This document shows, one piece after another, positions 55,794 through 64,000 of a stretch of 64,000 nt of DNA. The notes under the pieces were generated by a model. It was not told the DNA's origin. It saw nothing but the letters and a program-made list of their open reading frames with translations, and made no database searches. A program made the translations under genes and the position numbers. The DNA is from a bacterium (GTDB taxonomy: Bacteria; Bacillota; Clostridia; Lachnospirales; Lachnospiraceae): positions 21,534 through 85,533 of the forward strand of contig CAVBPN010000129.1 in NCBI GenBank assembly GCA_963597235.1, in the 5' to 3' direction. The first letter of the stretch is position 1; each line of letters starts with the position of its first letter.

Positions 55794-56780
55794 CTATAAT
55801 ATGGCTAACTTCTGTAACAAGCATTCTTTTATCTCTTCAGTTGCAAAACTACAGGAAATCGCATTTTTGGTAACTACATACCATTCATCCCTGGTAAATT
55901 TTCCTTTTTCATTCAGAAACAGGTATTCCTTTTCCAACGTAGTATAACTTACTGTACGATTATCAGTATTGACTGTCACGCACAAACCATTCTGCATAAA
56001 TTCCCAAAATGGATATACTTCATTCTGTTCTAATGCTCCTGTCTGATAATTGCTGATCGGACACAATTCAATTCCAACATTCCTGTCCTTGCAGTACTTC
56101 TGTAACTCCAAATCTCCTCTCATTGCAATTCCATGTCCAATTCTTCTAGCTCCCATATCAATAACTTCTCTGATATTTTCTCTACTCTGACATTCTCCTG
56201 CATGAATTGTGAATGGAAGCTCCAGCTGATTAGCAACTTTAAATAATTCTCTGTACAGATATGCTGGATAATGCGATTCATCTCCTGCCAAATCTACACC
56301 GCATACGCCTTGTCCTAAATATTCTCTTGCCAATCGAATCTCTTCTTCATTTATCGTTTCATCCTGACCTCTCATGGCACAAATCAAAACATTGGTAAAA
56401 ACCCCTGTTTCTTTACTGCCCTGATTTAATCCTTCAAGAACTGCTTCCAGCACTTTTTTTGAAGACATCGTTTCATTTGTAAGCAATGCCGGTGAAAAAC
56501 GAACTTCTGAATAAATTACATGATCTGCCTCTAACAGATGTACAAAAGCATTTGCTCCTTTCTTAATCTGTTCTTCCGTCTGAAGACATTTTATCGGAAC
56601 ATCAAAATGTCTCAGATACTCCGTAAGGTTATTCTTCTGTGTTCCAGAAACCATCGTTTGCTTTATCAGTTCATTTCTATCTTCAATTTTGCTTTCTTCT
56701 TCCAAAAAAGACAGCGGCAACGATCCATCCAGATGACAATGCAATTCTACCTTTGGCAATTTCAAGAAATCTTTTCCCAT
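55794..56780 (-). CDS. add: Adenosine deaminase
   Basis: LPKVELHCHLDGSL, TIHAGE and TVNTDN are signatures of the adenosine deaminase family. Confidence 0.85.
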   Translation of the reverse strand: MGKDFLKLPKVELHCHLDGSLPLSFLEEESKIEDRNELIKQTMVSGTQKNNLTEYLRHFDVPIKCLQTEEQIKKGANAFVHLLEADHVIYSEVRFSPALLTNETMSSKKVLEAVLEGLNQGSKETGVFTNVLICAMRGQDETINEEEIRLAREYLGQGVCGVDLAGDESHYPAYLYRELFKVANQLELPFTIHAGECQSRENIREVIDMGARRIGHGIAMRGDLELQKYCKDRNVGIELCPISNYQTGALEQNEVYPFWEFMQNGLCVTVNTDNRTVSYTTLEKEYLFLNEKGKFTRDEWYVVTKNAISCSFATEEIKECLLQKLAIL

Positions 56781-57482
56781 CTAAAATTCCTCCACATAAC
56801 AAATATAGTCCATATTTTCAACTTTTTCAATAAAGTCTCTTTTGGTATTCTTAGCTGAAATTTCAACATAAAATGTTACCGCACCTACATCAAACGGTGC
56901 TGCTTTTTGTTCAAGTTTAAAATGAGAAAAGCGTATATTATTTTCCCGCATATAACCAGCCAGTTTTTTCGGCCCTTGAGAATCTTTGAATTCTACATAT
57001 AAATTAAAGTTTCTTGAATGACGATGTACATATAAATCCAAACTCTCCAAAATTTTGTATGTAAAAAGGAAAATAACAAATGTAATCAATGTACCCTCTA
57101 CATATCCAATGCCAATCGCCAAGCCTATACAAGCAGTTGCCCACAGTCCCGCTGCAGTTGTTAACCCCCGGATCTGATTTTTCCCGGTCACAATAATCGT
57201 CCCCACTCCCAGAAAGCCAACGCCACTTACTACCTGGGCCGGCATTCTGGCAATATCAGCTTTTATATCCGGAAGATGAATGCTGATATACTCACTCGTC
57301 ATCATCACCAATGCAGATCCCACACACACAAATACATGTGTTTTTATTCCGGCACCACGATTTTTCAATTCTCTGTCAATTCCTATTATGATTCCTATCG
57401 TCATTGCAATGACAAGTCTCAAAATCATTGCAGTTATTGTCCAGTCCTCCACGCATTCAACAAAACGGCCGTAAATATTCAT
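56781..57482 (-). CDS. MgtC/SapB family membrane protein
   Basis: The start is set at the ATG at 57482 after AGGAGTGG. RLVIAMTIGIIIGIDRELKNRGAGIKTH is the MgtC signature, followed by a C-terminal ACT-like domain. Confidence 0.85.
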   Translation of the reverse strand: MNIYGRFVECVEDWTITAMILRLVIAMTIGIIIGIDRELKNRGAGIKTHVFVCVGSALVMMTSEYISIHLPDIKADIARMPAQVVSGVGFLGVGTIIVTGKNQIRGLTTAAGLWATACIGLAIGIGYVEGTLITFVIFLFTYKILESLDLYVHRHSRNFNLYVEFKDSQGPKKLAGYMRENNIRFSHFKLEQKAAPFDVGAVTFYVEISAKNTKRDFIEKVENMDYICYVEEF

Positions 57483-57484
57483 TT

Positions 57485-58816
57485 TTACACCACTCCTAAA
57501 GTTCTCACCTGAGTATCCCAGCATTTCCCATAACAATCTATTGCCTGCAAAGTTATTTTCACATTCTTATTCCACCAGTTTTTTTTCAGTAGAACTTTAT
57601 GACTCGACTCCAGAATCAATCGTTCCTCATTTTTCTCATCAATTATTCGATCTATTCCTGTTGGCAACTTCTCTGTTATTTCTTCCTCATTAGATTCTTC
57701 CGACACACAGGTTATAACCAGATATGCTATCCTGTTTTTTATTTTATAGTGACAACCGGAAATTCGTTCCACCTCAGAAGGAATTACTTTGCATGTAGTA
57801 TTTATCTCAAGAACCGGTATTCCTTCTGCAACATTTACATGAATTCCTGTAACAGCCAGATAATGTCCTGATTTGAACTCCTCAAATCTGTTATCCTCCT
57901 CCGGATTCCCATGTTCATAATAATATGTATGACACTCCATCTCCTGATCCATTCTTTTAGCATTACAGTTCAACATACTCCCCACTTCTACCTCATAACT
58001 GATGCACTTCTCTGAAATCATATAGTCAAAGCAATGTACAACATCTGTAAGATATTCCTGGGAGTCTGCCCAATACCATCGAGAGGGAATTTCTATCGTA
58101 ACACGCGATGGCCATTGGAAAGAAAAGTATTGTGTATCCCAAATACCGGCATAAGGATCTGTGTAGGCCTCAAATCCATTTTTTTCAGCAAAATATTCTA
58201 TATTTTTCATATGTTCAGGGGATGTATATCTTGACATGATAATTTCTTTTGTATGATTTGCGATTCGAATAGTCATTTCGGTTATCCAGGTTTCGTTTTT
58301 TTGAATCACTTCTACCTGTATTTTATAAATCCCCTCCAAGAGTGGTTGGAGTTTTTTTCCCTTCTGATCATATTGAAAGATTTCATCAACTCCATAACTC
58401 CCTCCGTATATCAGGGCAGAAAACACATCTTCTGTAAAAAAAGCTTTGTTCCACGTATAGTAATACGATTCTGGATTATCTGGATCATAAACCAGGTCCG
58501 GCATTCCGCTATATTTTATTTCTTCTCTTGTATTCTCTGATATTATTTCAGGAGCATCTACAAAAATTCCCTGATAATTATCACGCTTATCCGTTTCTAC
58601 ATACCTGATGCAATTTCCTTCTTCATCTTTAAGTCTGATTCGGAGCTTTGCATTTTTATCGTGAACTTTACTGGAAAAATATCCTATCACATAAAAGTCC
58701 TGTCCTGCCACATACGTACTATGTTTGCTGGCAGGATATGCAATTTTTATACATCCCTCCTGCCGGATCATTTCCGATTCAAAAGGAATATTTTCTTTTC
58801 TGTATTGATTAAACAT
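57485..58816 (-). CDS. Hypothetical cytoplasmic protein, 443 aa, no family recognised
   Basis: Long ORF translationally coupled on both sides: an 8-nt overlap upstream and a 2-nt gap downstream. It has no signal peptide, no transmembrane helices and no motif I can name. Confidence 0.6.
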   Translation of the reverse strand: MFNQYRKENIPFESEMIRQEGCIKIAYPASKHSTYVAGQDFYVIGYFSSKVHDKNAKLRIRLKDEEGNCIRYVETDKRDNYQGIFVDAPEIISENTREEIKYSGMPDLVYDPDNPESYYYTWNKAFFTEDVFSALIYGGSYGVDEIFQYDQKGKKLQPLLEGIYKIQVEVIQKNETWITEMTIRIANHTKEIIMSRYTSPEHMKNIEYFAEKNGFEAYTDPYAGIWDTQYFSFQWPSRVTIEIPSRWYWADSQEYLTDVVHCFDYMISEKCISYEVEVGSMLNCNAKRMDQEMECHTYYYEHGNPEEDNRFEEFKSGHYLAVTGIHVNVAEGIPVLEINTTCKVIPSEVERISGCHYKIKNRIAYLVITCVSEESNEEEITEKLPTGIDRIIDEKNEERLILESSHKVLLKKNWWNKNVKITLQAIDCYGKCWDTQVRTLGVV

Positions 58817-59711
58817 TTTTTTCTCCTGATTCTACAAGATATTTTCCTACTTTGTAAGCATATCTCAGTGCTTCATCAATCAATCCATCTGGCAATTTTT
58901 TAGCAAAATTATGTGCTTCAAAAGAAAAGCATCCTGTATAATCTATGTGCTTTAATTGCATTATAATTTCTTTCCAAGGTGTTTCTCCGGAAAATGGAAG
59001 AATATGCATAAAAGGCTCATAATTGTCACTGGCGGTATCTGACACATGAGTGGCATACAGTCTTTTACCAATTGCTGTCAGTTCCTCTATTTGATTTTGT
59101 TTTCTTATTTCCCCATGTTCAAAATCCCAGCATACACCAATTCTGTCATCGTGAAAAGAATCTATAAATTCTGCAATTTCATCTCCATTTGAAAAAAAGA
59201 TATCTTCTGTTTTCCCAGAATACTGGGTCATATTTTCTATTGCAAGCCTCATCCCTAATTTATCTGCATATTCCAGATACTCCTGAAAATAAGTTTTATT
59301 CATTTCCCACGCATTTTCTAATGGTTTTTCTGCCGTAATATCCATATCTGGGTGTAGTACAACTGTTTTTGCACCAAGAATGTGGCAGCACTGGAGAGAT
59401 CTTTTTACCAAAAGCTCTTCATATTCTTTCTTCTCCTGATTCTTTTCATAGACAGGATTCAAAAAACGATAAGTATAACCATGGCTTTGTATAAACTGTA
59501 CGTTATTCTTCGTTGCAGCCTCAGCTGCACTGTGAATCCACGCTTCCCAGTCATTCTGTAGAAAAGTCCCTCCTTCATAGGAATATTCATAGAAGCTCAT
59601 ATCAAGGACATTAAATCCAGCTCGGTGAATCGTCTCTATTGTTTCTTCAAGACTACAAATTCTGCCATCAGGGCGTTCACAGTATAAATTAGTTGACGTG
59701 GAAAGAATCAT
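58809..59711 (-). CDS. Sugar phosphate isomerase/epimerase (xylose-isomerase-like TIM barrel) family protein
   Basis: 300 aa. GFNVLDM..., VVLHP, LAIENM, CWDFEHG and SFEAH fit the AP_endonuc_2 family pattern. Confidence 0.7.
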   Translation of the reverse strand: MILSTSTNLYCERPDGRICSLEETIETIHRAGFNVLDMSFYEYSYEGGTFLQNDWEAWIHSAAEAATKNNVQFIQSHGYTYRFLNPVYEKNQEKKEYEELLVKRSLQCCHILGAKTVVLHPDMDITAEKPLENAWEMNKTYFQEYLEYADKLGMRLAIENMTQYSGKTEDIFFSNGDEIAEFIDSFHDDRIGVCWDFEHGEIRKQNQIEELTAIGKRLYATHVSDTASDNYEPFMHILPFSGETPWKEIIMQLKHIDYTGCFSFEAHNFAKKLPDGLIDEALRYAYKVGKYLVESGEKNV

Positions 59712-60666
59712 ATTTCTTCAGTCCCCTTTCCATAATTTCCAGATATCTGTCAAAATTATATTTACATGCAGCTGTTACATGCCCCTTTTCATCAGGTTCA
59801 AACTCCATTAAAGCAGCATCACTTCGTTTCGGATTAATCGTTACTTTTCCCCTCATATAATCAGTCACTGAACTGTCTATTGCACTTGCCGCTGCCATTC
59901 CATCCACCAGAATACTTCTCACATATAATTGGTTTGCATCATCATAGGATATTACTTTTTTTATAAATGAAGCTACATCCATTCCAATGTTCATATTCAG
60001 CAATTGTTCTACATAGCTATCCTTCAGCATAGAAGTTACATCAAGCCCGATTGCCTGGATTTCTATTCCGGAATCATACACAATCTCTGCTGCTTCCGGA
60101 TCTACAAGAATATTCCATTCTGCACGTTTTTCTTTTGGATTGAATCCAAAATATCCGGAGGATGTAATTATTTTTTCTATATTTCTTCCCAATTCAGGTA
60201 CCTGCTGCAATACTGCTGCAATATTTGTGAGACCAGCTAGACATACAATTGTTATCTTTTCATCTGTATTTTTTAACTGTTTAATGAGGAAGTCGTCTGC
60301 AAACTCCTCTGAAATCAGTCCTGTATGTGCTATAAGCCCTGTTTCACATAAACCATCTTTTCCGCAATAAAGACTTTGGAATTCAAGGCTGCGCACCAGA
60401 GGCTGCTCTGCTCCTTTATAAACTTTTATATCATTTCTGTCAGCTAATGCCAGAATCTTGGTTGCATTTTCTGCCATAAGATTTACCGGTCCATTTCCAC
60501 ATACCGTGGTAATTCCAAGAATCTCTAACTCTGGTGCAGCCAACAGTAGAAGCAATCCCAGTGCATCATCTGCACCAGGATCACAGTCTATTATAATTTT
60601 TCGTTTTTCTTTATCATTCAACTGGATTTGCACGGAAATACTCCTCAAACGCATCTGTAATGCCAT
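59689..60666 (-). CDS. Nucleoside hydrolase (IUNH family)
   Basis: KIIIDCDPGADDALGLLLLL is the DXDXXXDD motif. The true start may be the GTG at 60633 (after GAGGAG) rather than the ATG at 60666, which overlaps the upstream gene by 53 nt. Confidence 0.85.
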   Translation of the reverse strand: MALQMRLRSISVQIQLNDKEKRKIIIDCDPGADDALGLLLLLAAPELEILGITTVCGNGPVNLMAENATKILALADRNDIKVYKGAEQPLVRSLEFQSLYCGKDGLCETGLIAHTGLISEEFADDFLIKQLKNTDEKITIVCLAGLTNIAAVLQQVPELGRNIEKIITSSGYFGFNPKEKRAEWNILVDPEAAEIVYDSGIEIQAIGLDVTSMLKDSYVEQLLNMNIGMDVASFIKKVISYDDANQLYVRSILVDGMAAASAIDSSVTDYMRGKVTINPKRSDAALMEFEPDEKGHVTAACKYNFDRYLEIMERGLKKYDSFHVN

Positions 60667-61942
60667 CTGTTATCGCTGTATAAGTTTCCTCTTCTGTTGC
60701 ATCACCCTGTGCAAAGCTCAACATGGAGTCTGTGATCACATTAGAAATCGCATCTGAAGCAGGGCAAAACGGTGCAACCATTGTAGCTGGCATACTCATG
60801 AGAATATCATATGCAGCAGACTGCTGTGGAATCTCCTCAACGGCCGTTTTATATGTATCAGAATCGATAGATGCTTTATTTACAGGTGTGTAGCTATATC
60901 CATCAAGCCACATAGCCTGTGTATCAGCTGAAAGCATGAATTTTTCAAATTCCCATGATGCCTTAATTTTTTCATCGTCATCACGATTGATCATAAATAA
61001 ACCTGAACCAGACGGATAACCTCCGCCAAGATCATCTGCATTTACTTTTGGTACTTCTGCAACACCCCAGTCAAAGGAATCTCCTACTAAATCAGAAACT
61101 TCTGCAACTCGTGAGCTGCTCAGAAACATCATTGCATTTAATCCCTGTGCAAATTCTTCTGTCATACTGTCTTTGGTAGGCTTTAATGCCCCTGTATCAA
61201 TTACTTTCTGCCATTCTTTTAAAAATGTTTCAATCTGCTCCTGTGAAGTAAGCTCTGTCATATAGCCTTCATGTCCGCTCAAATTACTTCCCAGACTACT
61301 TCCGTCTTTTCCCTGATTCAGTATATAAGTCACAAATTCAAAGTAGCTCATACGGATATTAAGACCATAATCTGCGGAAGTTTTTTCCTTAATGTCGGTC
61401 ATCTGCTGTGCCAGTTCTTCTAAGGTTTCTGCCGGTTTATCATATCCGGCATCTTTTAAAAGATCTTTGTTATAATACATAAGAAGTGTAGATACTGCAT
61501 ATGGAACGCCAATCATCTTATCATTAATTGAAAACGAGGATACTGCATTTTCCATAAGGTCATCTTTACTGATACCTGAATCATCTGCAATATAATCTTC
61601 CGCCCATACAGTTCTGTCCCAGTCTCTGACAAGATCCACATTTTCTCCATATAGCTGAATAACATCCGGCATATTTTCAGTATCATCTGTTCCCATTGCT
61701 GCTGTCAGTGTTTCCGTTCCCGGCCAGTCCTGGAAAGTTGCTGTTACATGAATATTTTTTTCTGCACCTACTGTTGAGTTAAACTCTTCAATCTGTTTAT
61801 TTAAAATGTCTCCTGCATTTCCATCCATGCTGTGCCAGAAATTAATTTCTATCGGCTCACTGTCAGACTTTTTAGCCCATACCGGCACAGAAAATGCCAT
61901 ACTTGCTGCAATACTCACTGCTAATACTTTTTTCACTCTCAT
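60614..61942 (-). CDS. ABC transporter substrate-binding protein (family 1, sugar-type), secreted
   Basis: 442 aa with a signal peptide (MRVKKVLAVSIAASMAFSVPVWA), adjacent to permease genes. Confidence 0.8.
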   Translation of the reverse strand: MRVKKVLAVSIAASMAFSVPVWAKKSDSEPIEINFWHSMDGNAGDILNKQIEEFNSTVGAEKNIHVTATFQDWPGTETLTAAMGTDDTENMPDVIQLYGENVDLVRDWDRTVWAEDYIADDSGISKDDLMENAVSSFSINDKMIGVPYAVSTLLMYYNKDLLKDAGYDKPAETLEELAQQMTDIKEKTSADYGLNIRMSYFEFVTYILNQGKDGSSLGSNLSGHEGYMTELTSQEQIETFLKEWQKVIDTGALKPTKDSMTEEFAQGLNAMMFLSSSRVAEVSDLVGDSFDWGVAEVPKVNADDLGGGYPSGSGLFMINRDDDEKIKASWEFEKFMLSADTQAMWLDGYSYTPVNKASIDSDTYKTAVEEIPQQSAAYDILMSMPATMVAPFCPASDAISNVITDSMLSFAQGDATEEETYTAITDGITDAFEEYFRANPVE

Positions 61943-61973
61943 ATTTTTTTCCTCCTGCTTGTCTTAAAAAGAA

Positions 61974-62798
61974 TTATTCTTTTACTGCTCCCGTCATCAT
62001 ACCGGAAACAATTTTTTTCAAAAATAGCACAAAAACAATTACCGTTGGAATTAATGCAATTACAGTACCAGCCATTACCGGTCCAAACGCACTGGATTCT
62101 CTGTCTTTAAGCATAGTAATCCCTACCTGAATAGTACGCATTTCTGTTTTATTGGAAGCAATTAACGGCCATACATACTGATTCCATACATTTACAAAGG
62201 ATGATATAAATACTGTAAACATGATTGGTTTACTGGTAGGAAGTAAAATCGAACAGAAAAATCTCACATCTCCTGCCCCATCCAGTCTGGCTGCTTCCAT
62301 GATTGATTTTGAATATCCCAGAAATTGCTGTCTGATAATGAAGATATTCGAAGCAGATACTAGGAATATCGAGCACATACCCATGTACGTATTCACAAGA
62401 TGTAATTTTGAAATTACAACAAAATTCTGTACAATCAATACATCTGGTGGTATCATCATCGTCGACAACGTTAAAATAAACAGTAATTTTTTTCCTTTAA
62501 ATTCATAAAAAGAAAATGCAAATCCTGAACATACTCCAATGATCACACGGCTGATACTACTTATCATTGCCACGATAAATGAATTTAACATATATCGGAG
62601 CAATGGCGTTGTACTGATCGCTGTAATATAATTTTCCAGTGAAAGATGCTTTGGCAAAATATGATATTCTTTTGTAAGGATTTCTTTTGCCGGCATAAAT
62701 GAAACTGATATCGCATACAAAATAGGAAACAGTAATACCAGTGCAAGTACCATGCAGATAATCTGAACCATAATGTCGGCTCGTTTTCTTTTACTCAT
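61974..62798 (-). CDS. Carbohydrate ABC transporter permease
   Basis: The start is set at the ATG at 62798, which overlaps the upstream stop (ATGA). EAA loop IMEAARLDGAGDVRFF. Confidence 0.85.
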   Translation of the reverse strand: MSKRKRADIMVQIICMVLALVLLFPILYAISVSFMPAKEILTKEYHILPKHLSLENYITAISTTPLLRYMLNSFIVAMISSISRVIIGVCSGFAFSFYEFKGKKLLFILTLSTMMIPPDVLIVQNFVVISKLHLVNTYMGMCSIFLVSASNIFIIRQQFLGYSKSIMEAARLDGAGDVRFFCSILLPTSKPIMFTVFISSFVNVWNQYVWPLIASNKTEMRTIQVGITMLKDRESSAFGPVMAGTVIALIPTVIVFVLFLKKIVSGMMTGAVKE

Positions 62799-63664
62799 TG
62801 ATAATGCACCCCTTTCTTTTCCCAAATGAAGGTCAGCAACGTACAGAATAATGTAATCAAAAATGCAATAAATGCAGCCGGGTTTGCTGTAGTATAGTTG
62901 CCACTCTTTGCAAACTGCTGATAAATATACAACATAATCGTCATTGTTGAACCATTTGGACCTCCTCCGGTCAGAACATTCATCAGTCCCATGGACATCA
63001 TTACATAAGCTAAATCGGTTACCATCAGATAAAACAGCGTTGGTGTTGTTAGTGGTAAATAAATAGAAACCATCTGTCTGAATTTTGATGCTCCGTCAAT
63101 GCTGGAACTTTCAATCATGTCTGTTGATACCCCGCGTACAGCAGAAAGCATAAATACGAATGCGTGTCCTGTTGAAAGCCATATCTGTACAATCGCAACA
63201 GCAATCAAAGCATATTTGGGGTCTGTCAACCATCGAATATTAATATGAAATTTTCCATAAAGAATACCCAATGGCACTACATAAAGAAGTTGAAAAATCA
63301 TAGCAACTACAGAGGATGCCATCGCCATCGGCATTGCAAATGCTGTTTCATAGATTGCTGAGAATTTTCTTCTCTTATTTGCCAGAAGAGCAAGCAAAAA
63401 TCCAAAAACTTTAGAAATCGGTACTGTCAGCAAAGTGAAAAGAACCGTATTTTTTATTGCAAGAAGAAAATCTGGATCTGTCAGTACTCTTATATAATTT
63501 TCCAGACCTACAAAACTCTGTATCTTTCCTAAGCGATTGATAATAAAAAAGCTTTTATAAACAGTCTGAATAAACGGATAAAATGTAAAAATAGAAAATA
63601 TAATAAAGCTTGGTAAAAGCCACAAATACGGCTTTGCCTTTTTTAATATCTTTTTCTGCCCCAT
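62795..63664 (-). CDS. Sugar ABC transporter permease
   Basis: 289 aa with 6 transmembrane helices and MIESSSIDGASKFRQMVSIYLP as the EAA loop. Confidence 0.85.
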   Translation of the reverse strand: MGQKKILKKAKPYLWLLPSFIIFSIFTFYPFIQTVYKSFFIINRLGKIQSFVGLENYIRVLTDPDFLLAIKNTVLFTLLTVPISKVFGFLLALLANKRRKFSAIYETAFAMPMAMASSVVAMIFQLLYVVPLGILYGKFHINIRWLTDPKYALIAVAIVQIWLSTGHAFVFMLSAVRGVSTDMIESSSIDGASKFRQMVSIYLPLTTPTLFYLMVTDLAYVMMSMGLMNVLTGGGPNGSTMTIMLYIYQQFAKSGNYTTANPAAFIAFLITLFCTLLTFIWEKKGVHYQ

Positions 63665-63667
63665 TTG

Positions 63668-64000
63668 TTATACCTCTTCGTCTTCTTGATAATAATGTGT
63701 CAAGGCCTCTATTACTCCTAAGGTATTGTTCTGCTGGCAGACATAATCCGCAATCTCTTTCAGTTCCGGCTTTGCATTACCTACAGCAACTCCTGTTCCT
63801 GCTGCTTCCACCATTTCTATATCATTCACCGAATCTCCAATTACCATAATATCTTTTGCATCAATCCCCATAAGACGTGACACTCTTTCAATTCCCAAAG
63901 CCTTGGATACACCTTTTTTCATGACATCTATATGGCGACTGTCATATTGAATGATTTCCAATTGATCCCTGTATTTTTCTAAATATGGAATAAGTTCTTC
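63668..64000 (-). CDS. Cof-type HAD-IIB family hydrolase (partial; N-terminus beyond the window edge)
   Basis: The frame stays open to position 64000 (EELIPYLEKYRDQLEIIQYDSRHIDVMKKGVSKALGI...VIGDSVNDIEMVEAAGTGVAVGNA). GDSxND is HAD motif IV. Confidence 0.8.
   Translation of the reverse strand, partial: EELIPYLEKYRDQLEIIQYDSRHIDVMKKGVSKALGIERVSRLMGIDAKDIMVIGDSVNDIEMVEAAGTGVAVGNAKPELKEIADYVCQQNNTLGVIEALTHYYQEDEEV

Noticed and set aside
55794-64000. Possible low-GC horizontally acquired island
   Set aside because: Hand counts on a few 60-nt lines gave about 37-40% GC both here and in other parts of the window. I see no supportable compositional shift without a proper sliding-window calculation.
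1-64000. CRISPR arrays, tRNA/rRNA genes, intact IS elements, integrases, and phage, toxin-antitoxin or restriction-type defence genes
   Set aside because: I found no regularly spaced short repeats, no cloverleaf-like or rRNA-like segments, and no ORF with transposase, recombinase, nuclease-ATPase or similar defence signatures. The only mobile-element hint is the Rpn-like C-terminal remnant.

Overview
The window is a gene-dense chromosomal segment with a Clostridia/Lachnospiraceae-like gene repertoire; that taxon guess is an inference from content and AGGAGG-type ribosome-binding sites. I saw no rRNA, tRNA, CRISPR array or intact IS/phage gene. Left to right it contains the following. (1) A PTS EIIBCA gene that runs off the left edge and carries an apparent frameshift, next to an RpiR regulator. 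(2) A run of small detox/efflux genes: PhzF-like, four MATE paralogs plus one decayed copy, HxlR, a PNPOx-like protein, an XRE regulator and a cytidylate-kinase-like protein. (3) A thiol-redox trio of TlpA-like protein, an untracked 50-aa CXXC mini-protein and a 4Fe-4S membrane protein, divergent from an OmpR/histidine-kinase pair. (4) A lone rhaD flanked by gene remnants. (5) An 11-gene minus-strand catabolic cluster: GntR, HMG-CoA-lyase-like, creatininase-like, two Zn-ADHs, a TIM-barrel protein, a 2-enoate-reductase-type flavoenzyme, type I dehydroquinase and a TRAP transporter. I interpret this cluster as a candidate anaerobic hydroaromatic-acid (quinate/shikimate-type) pathway. (6) A mosaic patch with a 104-bp direct repeat fused to two truncated genes, plus an orphan prepilin and an orphan J-domain protein. 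(7) A YesM/YesN-controlled sugar ABC and GH31 locus. (8) A 942-aa single-polypeptide corrinoid methyltransferase (pterin-binding domain, B12 domain and an unassigned C-terminal domain) with a divergent RACo-type activator and a DUF2284 protein. This is the most unusual system I can support. (9) An amino-acid ABC transporter. (10) A tightly coupled operon of at least nine genes, continuing past the right edge: Cof-type HAD, sugar ABC, nucleoside hydrolase, TIM-barrel protein, an unknown 443-aa protein, MgtC and adenosine deaminase. Several non-coding repeats and palindromes are reported separately. All family calls come from motifs read in the translations; no database search was run.
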